From Firmicutes bacterium UBA5389 (lineage in GTDB: Bacteria; Bacillota; DTU025): a stretch of 54,766 nt of DNA. A program made the position numbers and the translations under genes. Every line of letters starts with the position of its first letter. Position 1 is the stretch's first letter. The notes below the pieces were generated by a model. That model saw only the letters and a program-made list of their open reading frames with translations. It did no database searches and was not told the DNA's origin. Shown here piece after piece: positions 1 through 7,997 of this stretch. Where the stretch lies: positions 12,319 through 67,084 of the forward strand of contig DHON01000065.1 in the NCBI GenBank assembly GCA_002409965.1, read 5' to 3'.

Positions 1-318
1 GGCGGCGAGCAGCAGATGCTGGCCATCGGGCGCGCGCTGATGGCCAGCCCTAGGGCGTTGCTCCTGGACGAACCCTCCCTGGGGCTGGCGCCGCTGATCA
101 CCAAGCAGATCTTTGAGATCATTAAGGCGCTCAACACAGAAGGGACAACCATTCTTCTGGTAGAGCAGAACGCTCGTCTGGCCCTGGCGGTGTCGAAGTA
201 CGCCTACATACTCGAGACGGGCCGTGTGGCGCTGTCGGGGAAGAGTGCGGACCTGCTCGCGAGCGAGGAGGTGAAGCGCTCGTATCTGGGGGTCGGGCAT
301 GCACATTCGGCCAGGTAG
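1..318 (+). CDS. livF: Branched-chain amino acid ABC transporter ATP-binding protein (5' truncated by window edge)
   Basis: Frame open from base 1: [14 protein letters not shown] signature, [12 protein letters not shown] Walker B, LVEQNA, YILETG; all typical of LivF. Confidence 0.92.
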   Translation, partial: GGEQQMLAIGRALMASPRALLLDEPSLGLAPLITKQIFEIIKALNTEGTTILLVEQNARLALAVSKYAYILETGRVALSGKSADLLASEEVKRSYLGVGHAHSAR

Positions 319-388
319 GGATTGTGCATTGGCGACATACATGGACGAGTGCGATTCGGCTACCTATGAAAGCGCAGGAGGTTAGGGC

Positions 389-1576
389 ATGAAGAGGATT
401 CTTGTATTCCTTTGTGTGGCCACACTGGCAGTGATGATGAGTATCGGTGCGACTGCCGCGACAGATCCGGGCATCACCGACACTCAAGTTGCCATTGGAG
501 CCTTCCAGGATCAGTCTGGCCCGGCGGCAGTGGTGGGCATCAACATGCGTAAAGGCATGGAAGCCTATTTCAACTGGGTGAACGCGCAGGGCGGGGTGAA
601 CGGCCGCAAGATCAAGTTCATCGTCGAGGATGACGGTTTCCAGGCGGCCCGTGCCATTGCAGCCACCAAGAAACTCGTTGAGCAGGACAAGGTATTCGCT
701 CTAGTCGGCACGCTGGGCACTCCCGGCGTGTCGGCCACAATCGACTACATAATGGAGAAGCAGATCCCGTCCATCTACCAGGGCAGCGGCATCAGCGCAC
801 TGGCTTATCCGCCCAAAAGGTTCATCTTCCCGGTCCAGCCTAACTTCATCAGCGAGGGCCGCATCGTGGCCACGTACGTGGTGGAGAGCCTCAAGATGAA
901 GAGGATCGCGCTTGCATGCGAGCAGACGGATATCGGTTCTGAGGGGCTGCGCGGCGTGCAGGATCAGCTGGCAACATATGGGATAGAGACGGTGGAGGTC
1001 GTCAACTTCGGCGCCGCCGATGTCGACTTCAGCTCGCAGATTCTCAAGCTCATGCGGGCCAAGCCGGAAGCGGTCATCATCTACTCCACGCTGAAGCCTG
1101 CAGCTGGATTCTTGAAGCAGGCCAAGGTGATGGGGCTCGAGGCTCAGTTCCTGACCACCTATGTCAATGCCGACCCCATCCAGATGCCGGGGCTCGCCGG
1201 CGAAGCCTGCGTGGGTCTGATCGCTCCGGGATGGGTGCCCGTGCTGGGCAATGACGCGGATTCGGTGAAGTATCTTGAGATCTACCAGGCTACCTACCCC
1301 AAGGAGATGCCCAGCGCGTTTGCGTCCGCCGGGTTCATCGCGGGCGAGGTGTTCTGCGAGGGCCTGAGGCGCGCCGGCAAGAGCCCCACGCGCGAAGGAC
1401 TGATAAGTGCGATGGAGAGCATGCGCGACTGGGACGGCATCATGGCCAAAGGCATCAGCTATACGCCGGAATTCCGATCGGGCAAGGCGTCCATGTACTT
1501 CATGAAGTTCGCGAAACCCAAGTTCGAGGCGGGATCGATCGAAGTCATATCCGACTGGGTTAAGCTCAAGATATAA
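389..1576 (+). CDS. Branched-chain amino acid-type ABC substrate-binding protein (LivJ/K-like)
   Basis: AGGAGG RBS; signal peptide MKRILVFLCVATLAV; NAQGGVNGRKI and EDDGF motifs; follows livF. Confidence 0.9.
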   Translation: MKRILVFLCVATLAVMMSIGATAATDPGITDTQVAIGAFQDQSGPAAVVGINMRKGMEAYFNWVNAQGGVNGRKIKFIVEDDGFQAARAIAATKKLVEQDKVFALVGTLGTPGVSATIDYIMEKQIPSIYQGSGISALAYPPKRFIFPVQPNFISEGRIVATYVVESLKMKRIALACEQTDIGSEGLRGVQDQLATYGIETVEVVNFGAADVDFSSQILKLMRAKPEAVIIYSTLKPAAGFLKQAKVMGLEAQFLTTYVNADPIQMPGLAGEACVGLIAPGWVPVLGNDADSVKYLEIYQATYPKEMPSAFASAGFIAGEVFCEGLRRAGKSPTREGLISAMESMRDWDGIMAKGISYTPEFRSGKASMYFMKFAKPKFEAGSIEVISDWVKLKI

Positions 1577-1622
1577 GGCTGAGGCTGAAGGACTAGCCTT
1601 ATACGGTTTGGTACAGGCGGTA

Positions 1623-1650
1623 GAAGGCCGGGCGGAAGCGCCCGGCCTTC
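1623..1650. terminator. Perfect 12-bp GC-rich hairpin between convergent genes
   Basis: GAAGGCCGGGCG-gaag-CGCCCGGCCTTC; no clear U-tract. Confidence 0.7.
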
Positions 1651-1686
1651 GAGATGCCGTTGCGAGATGTACAACGCCTTCTGGAA

Positions 1687-2724
1687 CTAGCGCTTTCCCA
1701 GGAAACCTGCCAGTTCTTTCTGGATACCCTCAATCACGCTTAGCTTGGGTACCTGGCGGATGGGTATGCCCAGTTTCGCAGCAATGTCTTCGTAGAGGCG
1801 GTAGGCGATATCCCTCTTGACTCTGATCTCGCGCGGCCTCATCTTCATTTGCTGCACCACATCGATGAGCTTGTCAACGAAGGCCTGCCCGTAGCCATCG
1901 TGTTCTGCCGTTTCCATCCCGAGTATTAGCTCTGAATCACGGTCTACCCACAAGCACATGAAGGGGAAGTAGGGACGGGATTTGCCATTCTCGCCTATGC
2001 ACGCAGGCGCGTAGAACACGTCAGCGTCCCAGACGGCGCTGGTTGCCCTTGCTGCATTCCTCACTTTGACCACGCGCAGCTCATCCACTTGGATGGGCGG
2101 AACGAGATCGCCTTCGGGGAGCTGTTCACGCGGCATCAACTGATCCTTCCATACGATCCCCTCGCCACATGTTTCTGCCACTCTCACCAGGTAGAGCCCT
2201 TCGTGGCACGTCGCCAGCAGATCGGGGTCGTCCTTCGCGCGCAGGCATACTTCCGCAGCCTGCTGCAGGATTAGCGTCAGGAAGATCGCCTGGTCCTCTG
2301 TGAGGTACCAGGGCAGGAATCCGGGCTCGTAGCTCCTGAACACCGGCCAGTTCTGTTTGCCTCGGAAAGACAGACCCAGCTGGCGGATTGTCTCCAGATC
2401 GGGCTTATCTAGGTCGCGCCGGCTCTGGAAGGTGGCCATCAGGCATTTCATATCTTTGCCCAGGTTGATGTCGCTGTAGTCACCGTTGCTGGACAGAGTC
2501 TCGTCCAGCGCGCGGAGTCCCACGGCGCCAAGATAGGCCACAAGGCCGAGAAGCTCTCCGAGCTCGCCAATAACGGAGCAGTAGGCAACAGTGCCCGTGA
2601 CAGGATCGCGCACGCCGAATATGGACGCGTCGCTCATCCAGGTCCAGGCTTCGATGGCCTTGAACCCATCGGCGGCTTCGTGGAGTTTTCTCCATACTTC
2701 CAGAGAAGGAGATGCTGGTTTCAC
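1687..2724 (-). CDS. Conserved hypothetical protein (recalled as DUF7309/DUF6930-like; unverified)
   Basis: Long ORF, GAGG RBS before GTG at 2724; motifs FKAIEAWTWMSDASIFGVRDP, YCSVIG, WPVFRSYEPGFLPW, RPYFP. Confidence 0.7.
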   Translation of the reverse strand: MKPASPSLEVWRKLHEAADGFKAIEAWTWMSDASIFGVRDPVTGTVAYCSVIGELGELLGLVAYLGAVGLRALDETLSSNGDYSDINLGKDMKCLMATFQSRRDLDKPDLETIRQLGLSFRGKQNWPVFRSYEPGFLPWYLTEDQAIFLTLILQQAAEVCLRAKDDPDLLATCHEGLYLVRVAETCGEGIVWKDQLMPREQLPEGDLVPPIQVDELRVVKVRNAARATSAVWDADVFYAPACIGENGKSRPYFPFMCLWVDRDSELILGMETAEHDGYGQAFVDKLIDVVQQMKMRPREIRVKRDIAYRLYEDIAAKLGIPIRQVPKLSVIEGIQKELAGFLGKR

Positions 2725-2949
2725 AACGTCAACCTCATTTCCTGCTATTGTGTGTAATGTTCCGCGAACGCCGATGCGAGATTCGTCACTGCGCGTTTCC
2801 AATCTATCACTGCGTGCAGACTGAGGTCAACTGCCTGAGGTAGTTCCTGGGCAGACAGGCGGGGCAGGAAAAACGAGGCATTGTGTAGTAAGCACACTAA
2901 CATTGGGCTACACTGTGGCGCTTCTTGAAGGCGAATCCGAACGAGTTGA

Positions 2950-3099
2950 CAGTGGAGGATTCGGTCTTCCGGTCACCAGCTGGTATGGGATCTGACGACC
3001 AAGAGCGGAGCCCCCATAGCCAATGGACTCTACCTAGTGATGGTGCGTTCGGACGGAGGAGCGGTGGGCAAGCCGTTCAAGCTGGTAGTGCAGCGGTAG
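2950..3099 (+). pseudogene. Orphan C-terminal FlgD-Ig/CTD-like fragment of a secreted protein
   Basis: Unlisted frame reads HQLVWDLTTKSGAPIANGLYLVMVRSDGGAVGKPFKLVVQR-stop; in-frame TGA at 2947 and no start codon ahead of the WD motif. Confidence 0.6.
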
Positions 3100-3123
3100 T
3101 GGGATTCGGACCACACTCATACA

Positions 3124-3159
3124 GGAATAGCGAATGGGGCCGACCTCGTTCGCTATTCC
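3124..3159. terminator. Stem-loop at convergent gene ends, overlapping the HD-GYP stop
   Basis: GGAATAGCGA...TCGCTATTCC 10-bp perfect arms plus an inner stem with G-U pairs. Confidence 0.6.
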
Positions 3160-4142
3160 GATTTGTTGCGCCTCATGAGCTTCAAGAATACTCTCACCCA
3201 GTCCGGATCGTATAGAACGCCGGCGTTCGCCTGGATTTCGTTGATGGCTTCAGAAGGCGAGATGGCCTCGCGATACGGCCTTACTGAAGTCATGGAATCG
3301 TAGCTATCTGCTATTGCGAGGATTCTGGCCAAGGCTGGGATGGCATTGCCTGCTAGATGGTCGGGGTATCCGGATCCGTCGAACCGCTCGTGATGATGCC
3401 TCACGGCTTTGGCGATTTCACCCAGTCGCGCGACTGGCTGCATGATCGACTCACCCACCACGGGGTGAGTCCTAATGATGCTCCATTCCTCATCCGTCAG
3501 CCTGCCGGGCTTGGTCAGTATGTCCGGGCTGACGGCCACTTTGCCGATATCGTGAAGCTGCCCTGCCAATGATACCGCTGCCAGATCCATCGAGGCGCCC
3601 CAGCGCTCCCTCGCCATGGCTACGGCTAAGTCGCGCACTCTTAGCGAGTGGCCCAGTGTATACGGTTCGCGAGACTCGAGCACATCCGACAGGGTCTCTA
3701 GGCACTCCACGAGCAGCCCTCCGAGGCGACGCGACAGCGTCTCCAGATCGGCGCGGCAGTCGCCCGCTGCGAAGCCAACGTATCGGGGCGCTGCGATCTC
3801 CTTCGTCAAGATCACTGTGCCGATATGGCATCCACTCGCATCTTGAAGCAGGGAGAACGTACTGCGGAATATGCGTCCGCTCTTGGAATCCCTGGCGGTA
3901 GTTGTGAGGCTGCTTCTGTTGCTCGTTCGAAGGTGATCGAGGACTGATTTGACGTCTGATGTCCACCTGTTGGAGGCGAACCCCAGGTTCAGATGCGTCC
4001 TTGCGTTCATTGTCGCTGCGGAGTCCATCTCCGTGGCCTTCTGGTTGAGGAATGCCACGTTCCCGTGAACGTCGAGGATGACAAGACTCTCCGGCAGTTG
4101 ATCAACGGCGTGCCGTATGAGTGCTGCAACGTGTCGTGTCAT
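3153..4142 (-). CDS. PAS domain + HD-GYP cyclic-dinucleotide phosphodiesterase
   Basis: AGGAGG RBS before ATG 4142; N-terminal PAS/PAC (LVILDVHGNVAFLN...DASGCHIGTV); YTLGHSLRV, HDIGK, HHERFDGSGYP, ADSYDSMTSVRPYR. Confidence 0.92.
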   Translation of the reverse strand: MTRHVAALIRHAVDQLPESLVILDVHGNVAFLNQKATEMDSAATMNARTHLNLGFASNRWTSDVKSVLDHLRTSNRSSLTTTARDSKSGRIFRSTFSLLQDASGCHIGTVILTKEIAAPRYVGFAAGDCRADLETLSRRLGGLLVECLETLSDVLESREPYTLGHSLRVRDLAVAMARERWGASMDLAAVSLAGQLHDIGKVAVSPDILTKPGRLTDEEWSIIRTHPVVGESIMQPVARLGEIAKAVRHHHERFDGSGYPDHLAGNAIPALARILAIADSYDSMTSVRPYREAISPSEAINEIQANAGVLYDPDWVRVFLKLMRRNKSE

Positions 4143-4191
4143 GACGGCTAGACCTCCTGGTACGTAGGAGAGCCTATCAGGCGTGAAGTGA

Positions 4192-4428
4192 TCACTGTGC
4201 CCTCGAGTTCCGATGATTGGGCTTTCCGGACTCAGCGGGCAGGAAGAGCGTGTCGGGCGTTGTTCCAAAGGCCATTGCGATGTCCACTGCCATCTTGTAG
4301 GTTAGTCGGATGTTGCCTCTCTCAAGTTCGGACATGTATTGCTTGGAACGGCCTACCTTCGTTCCAAGCTGCTCTAGCGTCATCCCGTATTCCTGCCTGA
4401 TCTGGCGCAATCTGTTCATTGTTGGCAT
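4192..4428 (-). CDS. Small XRE/Cro-like HTH regulator
   Basis: NRLRQIRQEYGMTLEQLGTKVGRSKQYMSELERG; AGGAG RBS; divergent from a CI-like gene. Confidence 0.88.
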   Translation of the reverse strand: MPTMNRLRQIRQEYGMTLEQLGTKVGRSKQYMSELERGNIRLTYKMAVDIAMAFGTTPDTLFLPAESGKPNHRNSRAQ

Positions 4429-4485
4429 ATGGCTCTCCTGCCTGCCCACTTGGTCCGGATTTTGTGCATCGTTCGACCTAATCTG

Positions 4486-4514
4486 AGTATAGTAAAGAAA
4501 ATCTGTACTGTCAA
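4486..4514 (-). promoter_or_regulatory. Sigma70/SigA promoter for the cro-like + HD-GYP transcript
   Basis: Minus strand TTGACA-17 bp-TATACT. Confidence 0.85.
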
Positions 4515-4566
4515 GACGGGAAAGTAAAGATTTAATTTACACGTAGGAGTCCAGACATAATGGACT
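4491..4566. promoter_or_regulatory. Three related 19-bp pseudo-palindromic operators
   Basis: AGTAAAGAAAATCTGTACT (4491-4509), AGTAAAGATTTAATTTACA (4523-4541), AGTCCAGACATAATGGACT (4548-4566). Confidence 0.75.
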
Positions 4567-4589
4567 AAGCTATGGGGGGAGGTGTTTTC

Positions 4590-4970
4590 GTGGACTTCGC
4601 CAGTCGCCTGCGCCAGTTAAGGCGAGAGAAAGGATTGACCCAGTCTTCGCTGGCCCGATATCTGGGCGTATCGAAACAAGCCATCTCAAATTACGAAACC
4701 CGGGCCAACACCGCTCCTCAGGACGTGATGGAGCACCTGGCCGACATATTCGACGTGTCGCTTGACTACTTGATGGGACGCTCGGACTTCCAGCGTGCAT
4801 CGTGCGTTCGTGAGCACGGAGACGCGTACAGCCTGCCTCCCGAACTGCAGGCCGCGTTTCGCGGCCGGAGGTGGGACCAACTCAGACCCGAGACCAGGCG
4901 GATTATCGTGCGCGTCATCTCGCAGATCGAAGCTGAACTGGAACAACTGGAACCAGAAAAAGGCGAATAG
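4590..4970 (+). CDS. XRE-family repressor (CI/ImmR-like)
   Basis: GGAGG RBS before GTG 4590; FASRLRQLRREKGLTQ...GVSKQAISNYE...LADIFDVSLDYLMGRSD; directly upstream of an ImmA-like gene. Confidence 0.9.
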   Translation: MDFASRLRQLRREKGLTQSSLARYLGVSKQAISNYETRANTAPQDVMEHLADIFDVSLDYLMGRSDFQRASCVREHGDAYSLPPELQAAFRGRRWDQLRPETRRIIVRVISQIEAELEQLEPEKGE

Positions 4971-5002
4971 AGCTATGCCCATAGCCACATGGAGGTTGAA
5001 GC

Positions 5003-5493
5003 ATGTTACCTGCCGAACTGGCCGCAGAGATCTTGAGCAGATACCCATCGTCAGTACCGGTTGATCTCGACCGCATCATTCGCGGCGAAGGGATACTTCT
5101 GCGTACTGTCGAATTCGATCAGCGCGATTTCGACGGCATGTACATCCTGCTGCGCGACACGCCGGTCATCATAGTGAATGGATGTCTACCGTACGCTCAT
5201 CGACGGTTCACCATTGCGCACGAGCTGTATCATCATCTAGAACGCCGCCCATCTCACAGTATGGCAAAGGATGCCGCCGTCCTTCAACTTCCCGGCGACA
5301 GGCTGAACCCTTCGCCGACTCCGAGGCAAACAGGCAATCGGAACAAGCGGCAGATCTCTTTGCGGCTGCGCTCCTGGTGCCCGCTAGCTATGTCAGACAG
5401 ATGGTACAGCTCGGCACAGACCTCGAACAGATAGCAGCAGATTGCCTGATCTCCCGGGACGATTTGCGTGCCAGACTTGCTGAGCTGGATTGA
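5003..5493 (+). pseudogene. ImmA/IrrE-family metallo-endopeptidase, split by a frameshift
   Basis: RRFTIAHELYHH (HExxH) lies in the frame starting at 5003; EQAADLFAAALLVP and the C-terminal helix lie in the -1 frame ending at 5493. Confidence 0.85.
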
Positions 5494-5510
5494 CAGGGTA
5501 CTCTGACAGA

Positions 5511-6260
5511 TCAACGTTGTGACCGAATGAAGTCCCGGTACCACAGGGCGCTGCGCTTGGCAGTCCGCTGCTGTGTCTGAAAGTCCACGTGCACCAGTCC
5601 GAAACGCTTGGAATATCCTTGGGCCCATTCGAAGTTGTCCATGAGGCTCCACACGTAGTAGCCTCTCAAATTGACGCCGCATTCACACAGTCTGCGCACT
5701 GCCTCGAAGTGCGATGAGAGGTAGTCTATGCGAGCGGCGTCGTCGATCGCGGAGCCGTTGGGAGGGAGAGCATCGTCGAACGCGGCTCCGTTTTCCGTTA
5801 TGAACAGAGGGATCTTTGTGTAGTCGTCGCTTACCCTCTTGAGCACGTCGAACAGTCCCTCGGGATACACTTCCCATCCCATGGCGGTGACCGGCAAGAC
5901 GCCCGCCCGGGCCAGCCATTCCAGGATGTCCTCGGGGTAATGCCCATTGAACAGAGGCTCCAGGTAGAGACTGTTCCAGAAGCCGTCCACGCGCTTTGCG
6001 GCAGAGACGTCGCGTTCGTCATCGGTCGCGGGTTCCTGTTGGTTGATACTGAGAGCGATTCCGATTCCATCGACCGTCTGGGCGTCATCGTCGCCGGCAA
6101 CGCGTTGGCGGCCTGACGACTGCCTGAACGCCCTGATCGCCAGGCCATGAGCCAGCAGCAGATGGTGAGCGACAAGAAGACCTTCTCTGACGTCGTTGTG
6201 GCCGGGGGACATCTCGCCGCTTATGTGCCCGAGGACAGCGATCACGGCGGGTTCGTTGAT
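5511..6260 (-). pseudogene. GH1 beta-glucosidase remnant (N-terminus and an internal segment deleted)
   Basis: INEP acid/base and ITENG nucleophile motifs, WSLMDNFEWAQGYSKRFGLVHVD; N-terminal GH1 motifs and the DFLGINYY strand are absent. Confidence 0.85.
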
Positions 6261-6650
6261 AGGAGCGTCGATCATGCCGTCTATGAGCACCACGGGGAAC
6301 CGGTCGTCTGCGAGTGCGCGTATCGGCTCCACGTCGACCTCGCGCGGGGTGAGGATGAGCGCCCCATCGATCTTGCGTTCCCGAAGCAGCTGGACGTATG
6401 TCACCTTCCTGGTGATGTTCTGACCCACGCACGACACCAGCATCTGATATCCGGATCTGGCCAGAGCCGAGTGGACTCCATCGAGTATGGGGCCGTAGAA
6501 CGGGCTGTCGAACTCGGGCATCAGGACGCCCACGGTGTTGGTCCGCTTGAGCGTCAAGCCGCGGGCCGGGCGTTCGGATGACAGCCAAGTTGATCCATGG
6601 CGCATGGCACATTCGCCTTGGGGGGGGGCAGACTCCTTCTTGCGCGCCAT
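6261..6650 (-). pseudogene. LacI-family regulator remnant fused in frame to the GH1 remnant
   Basis: ARGLTLKRTNTVGVLMPEFDSPFY...KIDGALIL...PVVLID; hinge AMDQLGCHPNA in another frame; HTH missing. Confidence 0.82.
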
Positions 6651-6746
6651 CGTGTTTTCCGGGCGTGACAAGTGTAGGGGGGCCGAGTTCACATGCATAC
6701 CCCAGTAGGGTAAGCGCACGAGCCCGCCGGCGGGATCCGCTCGCTA

Positions 6747-6773
6747 GCAGGAGAATGATGGCAGAACATCGAA
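6747..6773 (+). promoter_or_regulatory. SigH-like promoter (paralogous copy at 7914-7940)
   Basis: GCAGGA-N15-ATCGAA; second copy GCAGGA-N15-ACCGAA. Confidence 0.55.
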
Positions 6774-6822
6774 CGTGCCATTTGTATGCAACAGCACCAA
6801 TGCACATCTGGAGGCTTGAACA

Positions 6823-7743
6823 ATGAGAAGACGAGACACAGACTCGAACACAGCCGCTCCAGCCATGTTATCGTTTTCGCAGACTTCACAAGCTCAAGCG
6901 GTTTTTCCGTCACCCAAACACATTTCTGTGGAGAGCGATGTTGAATTCCAGAACCAGGGCCAGACGATCAGGGGAACCCTGACGATGCCGGATGCTGAAG
7001 ACCGCATCCCAATCGTGATAATACTGCATGGATTCCACGGGCAGAGACACGAGATGCCGGTCGTCGGCACAGATGAGGCCCTTTTCCAGCGGACTGCTCG
7101 TGTTCTTGCTGAGCAAGGTTACGCCAGTCTCCGCATTGACTTCCGCGGCTCAGGTGAGAGCGATGGCGAATGGATTGACACCACGTGCAGCGGGCAGATC
7201 TCTGACGCCCTGGCTGCCGTGGACTACGTGAGCGGGCTGGAGAGGCTTGACCCGAATCGAATTGGTATTCTAGGGATAAGCCACGGAGGATTGGTGGGTG
7301 CCTCCACGGCCGGGAGGGACCAACGTATCGCCTCGGTGGTCCTCTGGGCGCCCCTAGCCAATCCGCCTGCAACATTCGCTAACCTATTTGGGGCGGATAC
7401 GGTAACGGCGGGGCTGACCGGCGCCATCGATGATCTGTTTACCACTTCGTTGCCGTGGGGCAGCGTGATAACCTTGAAGGGCTCGTTTTTCCGCGACTTG
7501 TACACGGTTGACCCGGTAGCGGAAATCGCCGCTTACGAGGGTCCATTGCTCGTTGTCGTGGGCAAGAACGACACGATCGTATGGCCGCAGCCCCAATCCG
7601 GGGAGATCTACCTTAACTATCACCGTGGCAATGGGGCACTGGTGCAGATAGATGCTGACCACAAGCTCGATGCTCCGGTCGGACACGACAAGGTTGATGA
7701 GGCGATCTGCGCCACCGTCGATTGGTTTGGCAAGACGCTCTGA
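6823..7743 (+). CDS. Alpha/beta-fold serine hydrolase, copy 1
   Basis: ILHGF, IDFRGSGESDG, nucleophile elbow GISHGG, NDTIV and ADH triad residues. Confidence 0.9.
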   Translation: MRRRDTDSNTAAPAMLSFSQTSQAQAVFPSPKHISVESDVEFQNQGQTIRGTLTMPDAEDRIPIVIILHGFHGQRHEMPVVGTDEALFQRTARVLAEQGYASLRIDFRGSGESDGEWIDTTCSGQISDALAAVDYVSGLERLDPNRIGILGISHGGLVGASTAGRDQRIASVVLWAPLANPPATFANLFGADTVTAGLTGAIDDLFTTSLPWGSVITLKGSFFRDLYTVDPVAEIAAYEGPLLVVVGKNDTIVWPQPQSGEIYLNYHRGNGALVQIDADHKLDAPVGHDKVDEAICATVDWFGKTL

Positions 7744-7997
7744 TTCTGAAGTCCAGCTGATTAGACAGGCCAAAGAGAACCTTGGAGACCGCTCGAAGAT
7801 CGCAGAAGTATGCCCATCGACTGGGCGAGGGGTAACTGCTTCCACAAGAGCAAGCGCAGTCTGGCGTGTCATGATCGTGACAGACAATGGGGTCACCGAT
7901 GACCCGCTCGTCGGCAGGAGAATGATGGCAGCGCACCGAAAGCCCTGAACGCAAGGGACAACTGCGTAGCACCAAAACACGTCTGGAGGGTTGAACA

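Noticed and set aside
2926-2949. Selenocysteine read-through of TGA codons ahead of the orphan domain
   Set aside because: The upstream translation is not protein-like and has no start codon or redox motif.
2870-3120. Possible structured ncRNA (6S-like or riboswitch)
   Set aside because: Only short imperfect hairpins; the distal part is better explained as a protein-coding remnant.
4192-5493. Prophage or ICE call
   Set aside because: No integrase, att/tRNA site, replication, conjugation or virion genes in the window.
6620-6628. G9 tract as a phase-variation switch
   Set aside because: It lies in a LacI pseudogene that already lacks its HTH, so no tract length restores function.
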